From Cyanobacteriota bacterium (GTDB taxonomy: Bacteria; Cyanobacteriota; Cyanobacteriia; Cyanobacteriales; Nostocaceae), in NCBI GenBank assembly GCA_046045965.1, contig JBJOKS010000006.1:112998-176997 (forward strand): 64,000 nt of DNA, in the 5' to 3' direction. The translations under genes and the position numbers were made by a program. The notes under the pieces are model-generated. The model was not told where the DNA came from and did no database searches. It saw only the letters and a program-made list of their open reading frames with translations. Each line of letters begins with the position of its first letter. The stretch's first letter is position 1. This document shows positions 50,713 to 60,766 of this stretch, in pieces.

Positions 50713-51854
50713 GGGAGCAATGCGATTTTGTGGGATGACCCCACCGGGAGAGCGATCGCTAAATCAATATTTCATATACTTAGTTAAAAGAAAGACTAAT
50801 TAAATAGAATAAACAACAGAAATTTATCTTCTTGAGATATACCAAAAAGACTACACAGCAATAATTTAAGATTGATAGAAATAAAAAGTCTACAGCAAGG
50901 TAATGAAAGTAAGTATTAATTATAACAAGAAAAACCTCAAAATAGAACTAAATGTATAAAATTTACCCAACAGTTTGAGGATGAATAAAAGATGTGAAGA
51001 TAGAATCGCAAAAATTATCCCAACTATGAGCCATCCATTGACATCGAAGTTTATTTATTTGAGATTGACGTAAGTCAATACCAATTTTACCGAATTTATA
51101 TGTGAGTCGTTCAATTCGTTTGAGACTCATATCAATTCCCCAATCTGATAAGATTGTTTGTGCCGCTGCAAATGAACTAGCTATCGCGCCATATTTGGCA
51201 ATATTTGACCACACTAATGGGGTTATACCTTCTGACATTCCTAACCATTTTAACCAGGGACAGAATCCTTGGTTTTTTAATTTATTTTTTTCAGGAGTTT
51301 TTTCTTTTCTGTTGACTACATAAGGTAATTTGAGCGTTACTAAAACATTACCTACTGTTAATATTTCTCTGGTTCTACAACCGTGTCTTTTTGTCTGGGG
51401 ATGCCAATAACCTTTGGTTTGATTTATTGCTGTTTCATGAGCCAATTCTGATTGAGAAAGCTGATGCAATAATATAGCAATACATTGCCCCGCTAACACT
51501 AATGCCGCTGCTCTAATTTTTTCTTCTCTTTCTTTTACCGTTCGTCCATCCCACTCTTCGATTTTTGTCAAATCTAAATGTTTCTTCACTTCTTCTTGAA
51601 ATTCTGATATGGAATCTGTTAAACTTAGATTTGCATATATATTTTTTTCTTTCAAGGTAGATTCTTCCTTTTTCAATATTATTCCTGAAAGGAAATTCTA
51701 CCTTTTTTCTGTTCTCCATAATAGACTTCTTTTTTCAGGCTTTATATTTCAGTATTATTACTTCTGCTCTCGTATTAAATTATTAATCAATACTTAATAT
51801 GAATTTAGCGATCGCTCTCCCGGTGGGGTCATCCCACAAAATCGCATTGCTCCC
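50713..51854. mobile_element. 1142-bp internally deleted IS (ISLre2-like) with 52-bp perfect TIRs and a 7-bp target duplication TGTGGAA
   Basis: 50713-50764 is the exact reverse complement of 51803-51854; TGTGGAA at 50706-50712 and 51855-51861. Confidence 0.9.
50963..51676 (-). pseudogene. Truncated transposase (ISLre2-like), 237 aa
   Basis: Lies between the TIRs; N-terminal region resembles cyanobacterial ISLre2-type transposases, but it is too short and shows no recognisable DDE core. Confidence 0.7.
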
Positions 51855-51899
51855 TGTGGAAACTATATCCCAGAAATTCTGCGTTAGCCAATCCCACTT

Positions 51900-54800
51900 G
51901 TTTCAGTCCCCTTGCGGGGATTAGTTATGTGGAAACCCAATCTGGATTTGTGTCTCTATTACCCATAGAAAAAGTTTCAGTCCCCTTGCGGGGATTAGTT
52001 ATGTGGAAACGATGAGAGACAAGCGGAAGCCGAACTAATTAATGCTTGTTTCAGTCCCCTTGCGGGGATTAGTTATGTGGAAACGGCTGCTAATTGAGCA
52101 TAATTTTCTGCTCCTACGAGTTTCAGTCCCCTTGCGGGGATTAGTTATGTGGAAACAATATTTTTTTTTCAGTCCAATATTCAAAAAGTTGTTTCAGTCC
52201 CCTTGCGGGGATTAGTTATGTGGAAACAATATTTAGTAAGAGCATTGATCCAGAGGGATGAGTTTCAGTCCCCTTGCGGGGATTAGTTATGTGGAAACGG
52301 GTAAATCGTGCTGAATTTGCCTTTGATAAGGATGGTTTCAGTCCCCTTGCGGGGATTAGTTATGTGGAAACCCAGCATCGTTCCAGTAGATGCTGTTGTT
52401 GATTTTTGTGTAGTTTCAGTCCCCTTGCGGGGATTAGTTATGTGGAAACAATGGGTTAATAAAAAAGATGAAGGGGTGAAGAATTTGTTTCAGTCCCCTT
52501 GCGGGGATTAGTTATGTGGAAACAACACTGCGATCGCAAGGGATTTCCTTGAGGTTTTGGCGTTTCAGTCCCCTTGCGGGGATTAGTTATGTGGAAACTT
52601 TTGCAGATAACAAGCTTGACGCAGAGATGCAATTGTTTCAGTCCCCTTGCGGGGATTAGTTATGTGGAAACCAGCAGAATGTTTCCTAATTAATTGCTTA
52701 ATAGCATGTTTCAGTCCCCTTGCGGGGATTAGTTATGTGGAAACCCAAAATAAACTAAGCATCCCTCAGCAGAAGGAGTTTCGTTTCAGTCCCCTTGCGG
52801 GGATTAGTTATGTGGAAACGGGAAGATTTAAAATTCATCTGGGAATCTCAAGTTGAGTTTCAGTCCCCTTGCGGGGATTAGTTATGTGGAAACACAAGAT
52901 GGGGTAGAGAATGAATCTGCATTAGTGTTGTTTCAGTCCCCTTGCGGGGATTAGTTATGTGGAAACTTCAGATATGCCCCTGGAGTAGTGTTGTAGATAA
53001 TGGGGGTCGTTTCAGTCCCCTTGCGGGGATTAGTTATGTGGAAACTTTAGGAGGTAAATCAGTTAGCTGTAGTCCTGGAGGCGTTTCAGTCCCCTTGCGG
53101 GGATTAGTTATGTGGAAACCGGGAAACCATTGAGAATGCGCTATGTAGTGTTCAATGTTTCAGTCCCCTTGCGGGGATTAGTTATGTGGAAACCTGATTG
53201 ATTCCTTGCTGGTAATTGCGGAAATAAAGTTTCAGTCCCCTTGCGGGGATTAGTTATGTGGAAACTCTTCTTTTAAAGATTTTGATTCTTCCTTTGTTAA
53301 CTTATCGTTTCAGTCCCCTTGCGGGGATTAGTTATGTGGAAACATAGTTTTCGCGTCCAGTATCTTGTCTACTGCTCCAGTTTCAGTCCCCTTGCGGGGA
53401 TTAGTTATGTGGAAACATCGAATTGACAGAGAAATAAAAGAAAGACAAGAGGCTTGTTTCAGTCCCCTTGCGGGGATTAGTTATGTGGAAACTTGAAACC
53501 GGTATCCCTAAATCTTTACGAACGCCAATAATAATGTTTCAGTCCCCTTGCGGGGATTAGTTATGTGGAAACCTTTATTTCCTGTGCGTAATTTGACAAT
53601 GGGGTTAGGTTTCAGTCCCCTTGCGGGGATTAGTTATGTGGAAACTTTCTGCGGTTTCTAGCTTAATTGTGGCGATCCATTGTTTCAGTCCCCTTGCGGG
53701 GATTAGTTATGTGGAAACTTAAGTTTTCAGCGGATTGGGATTGTGTTGGTTGTTTCAGTCCCCTTGCGGGGATTAGTTATGTGGAAACCTTGTAAGGGCG
53801 ATCGCTTGTAAGGGCGATCGCTTGTTTCAGTCCCCTTGCGGGGATTAGTTATGTGGAAACTTCTGTTGCCCTTGCGTATTTTTCTCAATCGAATATCAAG
53901 TTTCAGTCCCCTTGCGGGGATTAGTTATGTGGAAACCACGACTGATTCAGGAATCAATAGTGATTCTATTTGTTTCAGTCCCCTTGCGGGGATTAGTTAT
54001 GTGGAAACTTGAGGGCAAAAACTAACCCTGCGCCAAATTGAGTAAAGTTTCAGTCCCCTTGCGGGGATTAGTTATGTGGAAACTCAAGCTCGGCTTACCC
54101 GATGGGATGCTGACAGTCCCGTTTCAGTCCCCTTGCGGGGATTAGTTATGTGGAAACATTTACACAATGTAGCAAAAACAATATCAGCTTTTAGTTTCAG
54201 TCCCCTTGCGGGGATTAGTTATGTGGAAACAAAGAGATAAAAAATGAAAGCAAAAAAAGAGAAAAAGTTTCAGTCCCCTTGCGGGGATTAGTTATGTGGA
54301 AACTAAATCCTGCAAATTTAGACTAGCGGGAACATACATGTTTCAGTCCCCTTGCGGGGATTAGTTATGTGGAAACACTCATTGGCAGATATCTGTAATT
54401 TTTGATGTTTTTATGTTTCAGTCCCCTTGCGGGGATTAGTTATGTGGAAACTTAGCTAATAAATATAAAAAGAAATTAATATTAAATGTTTCAGTCCCCT
54501 TGCGGGGATTAGTTATGTGGAAACCATTATCTTGATTTGCAGCTGCGACCTTTATTAATGTTTCAGTCCCCTTGCGGGGATTAGTTATGTGGAAACCTTC
54601 ATCTTCATAAACAATCACATCTCCAAAATAATGTTTCAGTCCCCTTGCGGGGATTAGTTATGTGGAAACTTTTTAGACATTTTAGGACTCCTATTAATTC
54701 ATGAGTTTCAGTCCCCTTGCGGGGATTAGTTATGTGGAAACCTACTTATCGCATTGCAGGTCCGATTCATATATTGTTTCAGTCCCCTTGCGGGGATTAG

Positions 54801-55690
54801 TTATGTGGAAACATGAAACGTTGAATCAATTATTATTATTTGGTGATGTAAAGTTTCAGTCCCCTTGCGGGGATTAGTTATGTGGAAACAAGGAAATATA
54901 ACAGAGAAGATGAGGAAATCGGAAAGTTTCAGTCCCCTTGCGGGGATTAGTTATGTGGAAACTCTGGGTTTTATTTTGGTTTGTTTTTTCAGAAATGTTT
55001 CAGTCCCCTTGCGGGGATTAGTTATGTGGAAACTCGGTAGTAAGCTGCTTGTCTGCCAACAAATCGTTTCAGTCCCCTTGCGGGGATTAGTTATGTGGAA
55101 ACCCTTTGACTTCATAACCAGATTCCCGAAGTAATTTGTTTCAGTCCCCTTGCGGGGATTAGTTATGTGGAAACTGTCAATAGTTATTGATTGCGGTTGA
55201 TATATCTATGTTTCAGTCCCCTTGCGGGGATTAGTTATGTGGAAACCGATCGCCAGCCCATTCTTTTCCTGCGCGATGTCTTGTTTCAGTCCCCTTGCGG
55301 GGATTAGTTATGTGGAAACCGCCTTTGAGAATTATCAAATCAGTAATAAATTGTTTCAGTCCCCTTGCGGGGATTAGTTATGTGGAAACTCCCAGCAGCC
55401 TGGTATATTCTGTTGGCTATCTTCCAATTCGCGTTTCAGTCCCCTTGCGGGGATTAGTTATGTGGAAACTTAAATCCCGCAAATTAACAGAAAAAAGTAA
55501 ACAGTTTCAGTCCCCTTGCGGGGATTAGTTATGTGGAAACCTCGAAAACTTCTCCTGCATTCCTTAAAGCATTGCCAATTTGTTTCAGTCCCCTTGCGGG
55601 GATTAGTTATGTGGAAACATCTTTCTTCAGCATTCTTAATCGAGGTGTCGAAGGTTTCAGTCCCCTTGCGGGGATTAGTTATGTGGAAAC
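51900..55690 (-). CRISPR. CRISPR array with 52 intact 37-bp repeats (GTTTCCACATAACTAATCCCCGCAAGGGGACTGAAAC on minus) and 51 spacers of ~32-43 bp, plus one extra spacer 51864-51899 before a broken trailer repeat
   Basis: Repeats counted by eye; TCCCC-GCAA-GGGGA hairpin, GAAAC end; leader side faces cas2. Confidence 0.98.
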
Positions 55691-55895
55691 CCCGCCATCT
55701 GAAACATAAACTGGGGGCGGAATCCAGGAGTGATTTTGGCAGACCTCTCAAAAAACCTCATTTCAGGCTTTGGGTCAACTGCCAACTGAAACTAACGAAA
55801 CGCTGAAAGTATTTAATTATCAAGGTTCTGTCGATTTGGCGGACCCCTGGGGTTTTTGACCCCGCTATAGGTTTGCCAAAAATCCTATGTACTAA
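55691..55895 (-). promoter_or_regulatory. CRISPR leader
   Basis: Between cas2 and the first repeat; GGTC(C/T)GCCAAA motif twice, exactly 100 bp apart (TTTGGC at 55735 and 55835), plus an inverted GCCAAA at 55875. Confidence 0.8.
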
Positions 55896-56189
55896 TCATA
55901 TAATGATAGCCTGTTCTTGTCTAGGGATTTCCGAACCATAAGTAATAGTTCTTTTCACACTTCCGGCATCCAATACATAAATTCTAATGGAATCTTCATC
56001 AGGCTTGATCAGTTTTTCCATCTTAGTTTGCAACTGAGCAAATTGTACAGCATTCAAAAAACATTCAAACACACTATATTGAGTCCACTTACCATAACCA
56101 CCCAGCATTTTATGTAAACGAGTCCGCCTTTTGTTTGCTGCTTTACTGTCAGGTAAGTCGTAAATAATCAGATAAAACAGTGTTGTCAT
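55896..56189 (-). CDS. cas2: CRISPR-associated Cas2
   Basis: YLIIYDLP, QYSVFEC, DSIRIY; ATG 56189 overlaps the cas1 stop (ATGA). Confidence 0.95.
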   Translation of the reverse strand: MTTLFYLIIYDLPDSKAANKRRTRLHKMLGGYGKWTQYSVFECFLNAVQFAQLQTKMEKLIKPDEDSIRIYVLDAGSVKRTITYGSEIPRQEQAIII

Positions 56190-57163
56190 CGTAGTGATAA
56201 AGGTTTGTAGGGGACACCCTCTTGTAAATGACGACTGAGTAACCGTGCTTGTAATTCTATTGCTCGTCTGTAAGTGCAACGATAATCAAACACAGGATGT
56301 TTAAATTCATCATTCATTTTTTTGTCAAAAGCTTGCAAAAAGGTTTTTCTAGCATTATCCTTTAACCGATAAGCCCCCAAACTCTCGTTAAAATCTTCGG
56401 GTTTAATTTCGTGTTTATGTAATAATGACAGCACAAAATTATCAGCTATTAAAGCTCGAAATTCCTCCATCAAATCCAACACCATAGCAGGTTGACCATG
56501 ATGAACTTCGTGCAAATAACCGATGTAAGGGTCTAAACCAGCAATATGTACACCAGCCATAACTTGACCTTGCAATAAAGCATAAGCAAAACTGAGTAAA
56601 GAATTTACAGGGTCAGTAGGTGGACGGCGGTTTCTGCCATTAAAAGTCCATTGTTTACCTACCATGCGTTGCCAACAAGCAAAATATTCCCTAGCTGCTA
56701 AACCTTCCACACCCCGAACTTGGTCTAAAGTTTGTTGAGTTTTTACTAAAGTTTTACGTTCTTTGAGTGGATTATCCTTTTCATTATGTCGGTACAACAC
56801 ATTATATTGATTATGGATTTTGGCGCTAACAATTGCCTTCACTAATTCCAAACGCCGCACAGGATCATGATAAACAGCATACTGTGCTAATCTGAGTTGA
56901 CCATTACGAGAAGACTTAGGTAACGCCGAACCCAAATATTTACCAAAACTAGAAAGATAATGAACTGGCATTCCTAATTCTAAAGCGTAAACAAAAGCAT
57001 CGCCGGTGACTTGGGGATTACCCATTAAAATAACTTCGTCTACAGTTTGAGCAGCAACCTTTTGTTTCTTCCAAGAACCATCTTCTTGTTTTAAAGCTAC
57101 CTGAAAAGCTTCATAATCTTTGCTCAGAATAGCATCAGGTTGAATTACATATAGAGTAGTCAT
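56186..57163 (-). CDS. cas1: Type I-D Cas1
   Basis: GVEGLAAREYF, RRPPTDPVNSLLSFAY, GYLH, DLMEEFR. Confidence 0.97.
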   Translation of the reverse strand: MTTLYVIQPDAILSKDYEAFQVALKQEDGSWKKQKVAAQTVDEVILMGNPQVTGDAFVYALELGMPVHYLSSFGKYLGSALPKSSRNGQLRLAQYAVYHDPVRRLELVKAIVSAKIHNQYNVLYRHNEKDNPLKERKTLVKTQQTLDQVRGVEGLAAREYFACWQRMVGKQWTFNGRNRRPPTDPVNSLLSFAYALLQGQVMAGVHIAGLDPYIGYLHEVHHGQPAMVLDLMEEFRALIADNFVLSLLHKHEIKPEDFNESLGAYRLKDNARKTFLQAFDKKMNDEFKHPVFDYRCTYRRAIELQARLLSRHLQEGVPYKPLSLR

Positions 57164-57167
57164 AATT

Positions 57168-57752
57168 TTAGGATTCCTGAAATTTTAATTGTTTGACTTC
57201 AAAGGGTAAACATATCTGTTGTAAACTACAGGATTGACATTTTTTAGTATGATCAATAGGTGCTGGCATTTTGTTTTGACTGGCAACTTGAGCTAATGCG
57301 ATCGCCTGTTCAGTCATTTGTCGTAATTGGGGAGTAAAAGCCACAGTTTGTCTACGACGATTGGCATGATAAAATATTTCACCATAGGTAATATTTCTAC
57401 CTGTGCGTTCTTCCAAACATAAAGCCGCAGCACATAATTGAAAATGGTCATTCAGATGTTGTGCCATCTTGCCTTTCTTGTATTCCACCGGCACAAGTTG
57501 ACCATCACATTCTTCCACAGCATCAATAATACCGGAAACTTTTAAACGTTCAGACCACACCCATTGTTGTTGATGAATTAAAGTTTCACCATCTTGAAAA
57601 GTCCCATCTTCATTAATATTGCGGTGGATATGACGACCTAAAATAATGTGTTCATTGTCTTCCATTTCACCTAATACATATTCTAGGTAAAAACGCCGGG
57701 GGCAATATTCCCAAGCATTGAGATAAGCTAATGGTAAATAATCTTCATTCAT
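57168..57752 (-). CDS. cas4: Cas4 exonuclease
   Basis: YCPRR, GIIDAVE, PVEYKKG, QLCAAA, C-terminal CxxCxxxxxC. Confidence 0.96.
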   Translation of the reverse strand: MNEDYLPLAYLNAWEYCPRRFYLEYVLGEMEDNEHIILGRHIHRNINEDGTFQDGETLIHQQQWVWSERLKVSGIIDAVEECDGQLVPVEYKKGKMAQHLNDHFQLCAAALCLEERTGRNITYGEIFYHANRRRQTVAFTPQLRQMTEQAIALAQVASQNKMPAPIDHTKKCQSCSLQQICLPFEVKQLKFQES

Positions 57753-57755
57753 TTG

Positions 57756-58529
57756 TTATTTGTTTTTTAAAGAAGTTTGACCCATACCCATAGGTGTTTT
57801 ACGTCCGACTCCAGAAAAGACAGCAAAGTTAGCTAAAATAGTGGCAATTCTGGCTTGTTCGGGGTCTGAAAACCGATATTTCACCCAGCCGACCGTACCA
57901 ATTTCTGCACCAGCTTCCATCTTCAAAGCATGGGTTTTGAGGTCAAAAGCAGAAACCAAACCTTGCCATTGAATTTCAGGAAAATGTAAATCTGAAGGTG
58001 CAAAATGATTCCAACGACGTAATAAATTCTTGAATACTAATTCCGGTAAAGGAAAAGGTTGAATATTCTGTTGTTGTTTGAAACTGGTAGGGGATACAAA
58101 ATTTAGCAAAATATTATAATCAAACTCAGTAATATTTGCTAAAGTACAATAATCAGAAAGATTAACTAAAGGATGAGAACCAGGAAAATTAGAAACACCA
58201 CGAATTACAAAAGGAAAATTACCAAGATAAAGAGACTGGTTTTGAGAGAGTTCTATACCCTGTAGTAGTGGATGAATTAAATTACCGTCTAACAGAGAAA
58301 TACGAATTATAAAATTATCACCTAATTTTGTACCATGTTGACGACGATAACCAATTAATCCTGATAAACTAAAAGGAGATTCCTGACTATCATGAACTGA
58401 TTTAGCTATGTGTGGATTTCCTAAACTTAACCATTCCATAAATTGAGCATGAATAGCCCTATTTAATGTAGCTGGAATAGGGGTTTCACTAGCAGCACCT
58501 AATTCAATGACTAAACTGTGTAAATTCAT
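57756..58529 (-). CDS. cas6: Cas6 endoribonuclease
   Basis: F.SPTSFKQ and C-terminal G-rich loop GVGRKTPMGMG. Confidence 0.95.
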   Translation of the reverse strand: MNLHSLVIELGAASETPIPATLNRAIHAQFMEWLSLGNPHIAKSVHDSQESPFSLSGLIGYRRQHGTKLGDNFIIRISLLDGNLIHPLLQGIELSQNQSLYLGNFPFVIRGVSNFPGSHPLVNLSDYCTLANITEFDYNILLNFVSPTSFKQQQNIQPFPLPELVFKNLLRRWNHFAPSDLHFPEIQWQGLVSAFDLKTHALKMEAGAEIGTVGWVKYRFSDPEQARIATILANFAVFSGVGRKTPMGMGQTSLKNK

Positions 58530-59248
58530 CCGATATTAGCCCCATAAGCAACTCCTAAAGGTAAACAAGTTTTATCAGGTAATTCACAATATTCTCCTGA
58601 TAATTGAGCCTGACTAACTAAACTCGAAGGAGGCATAACAATACGATTATAAAGTAATAGTCTAGTTGTTGTAGATAGGTCTAAGGGATTTAAAGGATGT
58701 CTGGTTATATATTCTCCAGATTTTTGTTTAACATCTGTTATTATTGTAGTATTAACCTTGATTTTAGCTGACCATTTACCTAGTCTAATCCAATGGGGAA
58801 TTATGATATTTTTAGTAGCCAAGATATAAGTTTTGAAATGACTACCTATAGCTAATTCTTTAGCACGACCATAATTAACAGGGTAATTTTTTCTTGCACC
58901 TTCACCACCGAATTGTGCAGATTTTCCATAATAAGGAACTTGGGCAGCCTTGAAAGTATTGACTTGATAAGACCAAGTAACAGGTAAAGCCGGAAAAACA
59001 TAAATTCCAGCATCATTTAGATGTAAAAGACTTTGTTCTTGATTAACTTCTAAATAAGTGGGTTTTTGGGCTGCTTCACCTTTAAGTCTATAAGGTTTGG
59101 GAATATAAGCAGTTTCAAAAAATGCAAAACTCAAAGCCCAATTATGTAAATATTTCTCGGTTTCATAGAGAATACCCATTTCACGACTCGCAAAGAATAC
59201 ATTATCGTGTAGGGTTAAATCACATTGGTAAATAATCATATCGTTCAT
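58526..59248 (-). CDS. cas5: Type I-D Cas5 (Csc1)
   Basis: LHDNVFFASREMG, LHNWALSFA, PHWIRLGKW. Confidence 0.92.
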   Translation of the reverse strand: MNDMIIYQCDLTLHDNVFFASREMGILYETEKYLHNWALSFAFFETAYIPKPYRLKGEAAQKPTYLEVNQEQSLLHLNDAGIYVFPALPVTWSYQVNTFKAAQVPYYGKSAQFGGEGARKNYPVNYGRAKELAIGSHFKTYILATKNIIIPHWIRLGKWSAKIKVNTTIITDVKQKSGEYITRHPLNPLDLSTTTRLLLYNRIVMPPSSLVSQAQLSGEYCELPDKTCLPLGVAYGANIG

Positions 59249-59320
59249 GATGAAAAATGTTAAGAAGAATCTATAAGTTGGGTTTTTAGTATGTACCCAA
59301 CCTACAGAAGTGTTTTTAGG

Positions 59321-60310
59321 TTACTTACCCTTTCCTTTTTTAGCAACAGCACCGTAAGTTTCAGCGTAGGTTTTTGTTTGCTGATATAGTGTTGTTATGG
59401 TACTCTGCAACTGAGATTCATCTTGATAAATAGCGGAAACCTCAGTTAATAAATCCGTTAATTGTGAACCCATAATCACCTGGTTTTTACGCACTGGTTC
59501 TTGATTCAATAAACTATTAGTTACTTCCGTTGCTTTGGTAATAATGTCTGCAATTGGGGCATTAATATCTGGTTTGAGAGCATCATATAATGCTTGGGTG
59601 AGGTGAAGATTACTAAAAATTTCCCCATCACAAAGGACAATACCAATAATATGATTAGTCATTGTGCCTGTACGTGATTCCTGTGCGCCATAACGCCGGG
59701 TTTTGAGGAGATTTCCTAAGACATATAAAAAGCCTTCAAAAGTGGGGTCACGCAGGGTTTCTACAGTGGGAAATGTAACTTCTGGGAGAACATGATCTAA
59801 TTCATTAATAGCACTCCGCATAACACCCTGCTCACTCATTGTTCCACCTTCAAACGGTGCATTAAATGTAAAACTCCGGTGAGATTGTTCATAAGAACTG
59901 AGCGAAAAAGCAGAATCAGAATAAACTTTAGAACGCTCTGAACCACTATCACCAATTGCAAAACCGTATATAATACAATCTGGACATTTTTTACAAGAAC
60001 CTTCACCGTTATATTCACAGAATTTTTCTTTTTCTGTAGAATTAGCACTGGTTAAACCCAAAGAACGTAATAACTCCCTTCCTGCTAATCTTTCTGGTGT
60101 TATTTGTTTACGTTTGAACATTACTAAACGACTGATAGACTCTGGAGTTTCCAAACCTGCTTGAGTTCGTGCAGTATTGAGAACACCATCGGTTTGAAAC
60201 ACGGGAAAAGATTGACTATGACGTAACATTAAAAAATGGACATATTTACCAGATGCTAACCGAGGAAAAGCGGTGTGAAATTCAGATTTAATTGTGTTTA
60301 AAATGCTCAT
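59321..60310 (-). CDS. cas7: Type I-D Cas7 (Csc2)
   Basis: MFKRKQ.TPERL.GRE, CxxCPDCIIYGFAIG, RYGAQESRTG. Confidence 0.93.
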   Translation of the reverse strand: MSILNTIKSEFHTAFPRLASGKYVHFLMLRHSQSFPVFQTDGVLNTARTQAGLETPESISRLVMFKRKQITPERLAGRELLRSLGLTSANSTEKEKFCEYNGEGSCKKCPDCIIYGFAIGDSGSERSKVYSDSAFSLSSYEQSHRSFTFNAPFEGGTMSEQGVMRSAINELDHVLPEVTFPTVETLRDPTFEGFLYVLGNLLKTRRYGAQESRTGTMTNHIIGIVLCDGEIFSNLHLTQALYDALKPDINAPIADIITKATEVTNSLLNQEPVRKNQVIMGSQLTDLLTEVSAIYQDESQLQSTITTLYQQTKTYAETYGAVAKKGKGK

Positions 60311-60322
60311 GGTTTTAATTCC

Positions 60323-60766
60323 TTATGATTCAGGTTTTTCAGTGTTTTTTGATTGCAAAGCTAACCAACGATAGGCAAATTCAGCACCGGATTTTATGCG
60401 ATTGCGGTTTTCTTGGAGTAGTGCGCGATCGCCTTTATAAAGTCCCAGAAATAAATCATTAACACAGGTGGTCATAAACTGACGAATTGCTATTAATTCT
60501 TGGCTTTTTCTTTCAGAATATTCCACATTTTTATTCATCAATAATGGACGTTTAAATGCTTCCTGTCTTTCCAGGGCATCGTATAATTGACCAGCACCTT
60601 GTAAGATAATATCATCGGTTTCCAGGTGATTAGGAACAGTCAAGATTACCTCTAGGGCTTTAGAAATAGGTAACAAGATTGAGTGACTAGATTCACCAAC
60701 ATTTACCTGATAAAATTGACGATATTCAGTGACAATGCGCTCAATTAATTTCATTTTTTCTTGCAT
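60323..60766 (-). CDS. cas11d: Cas11d small subunit, internally translated from cas10d (147 aa)
   Basis: In-frame ATG (Met835 of Cas10d) 8 nt after AGGAG (60775-60779). Confidence 0.75.
   Translation of the reverse strand: MQEKMKLIERIVTEYRQFYQVNVGESSHSILLPISKALEVILTVPNHLETDDIILQGAGQLYDALERQEAFKRPLLMNKNVEYSERKSQELIAIRQFMTTCVNDLFLGLYKGDRALLQENRNRIKSGAEFAYRWLALQSKNTEKPES

Noticed and set aside
52308..55806. Several ORFs containing VSVPLRGLVMWK or FHITNPRKGTET
   Set aside because: They are translations of CRISPR repeats and spacers.
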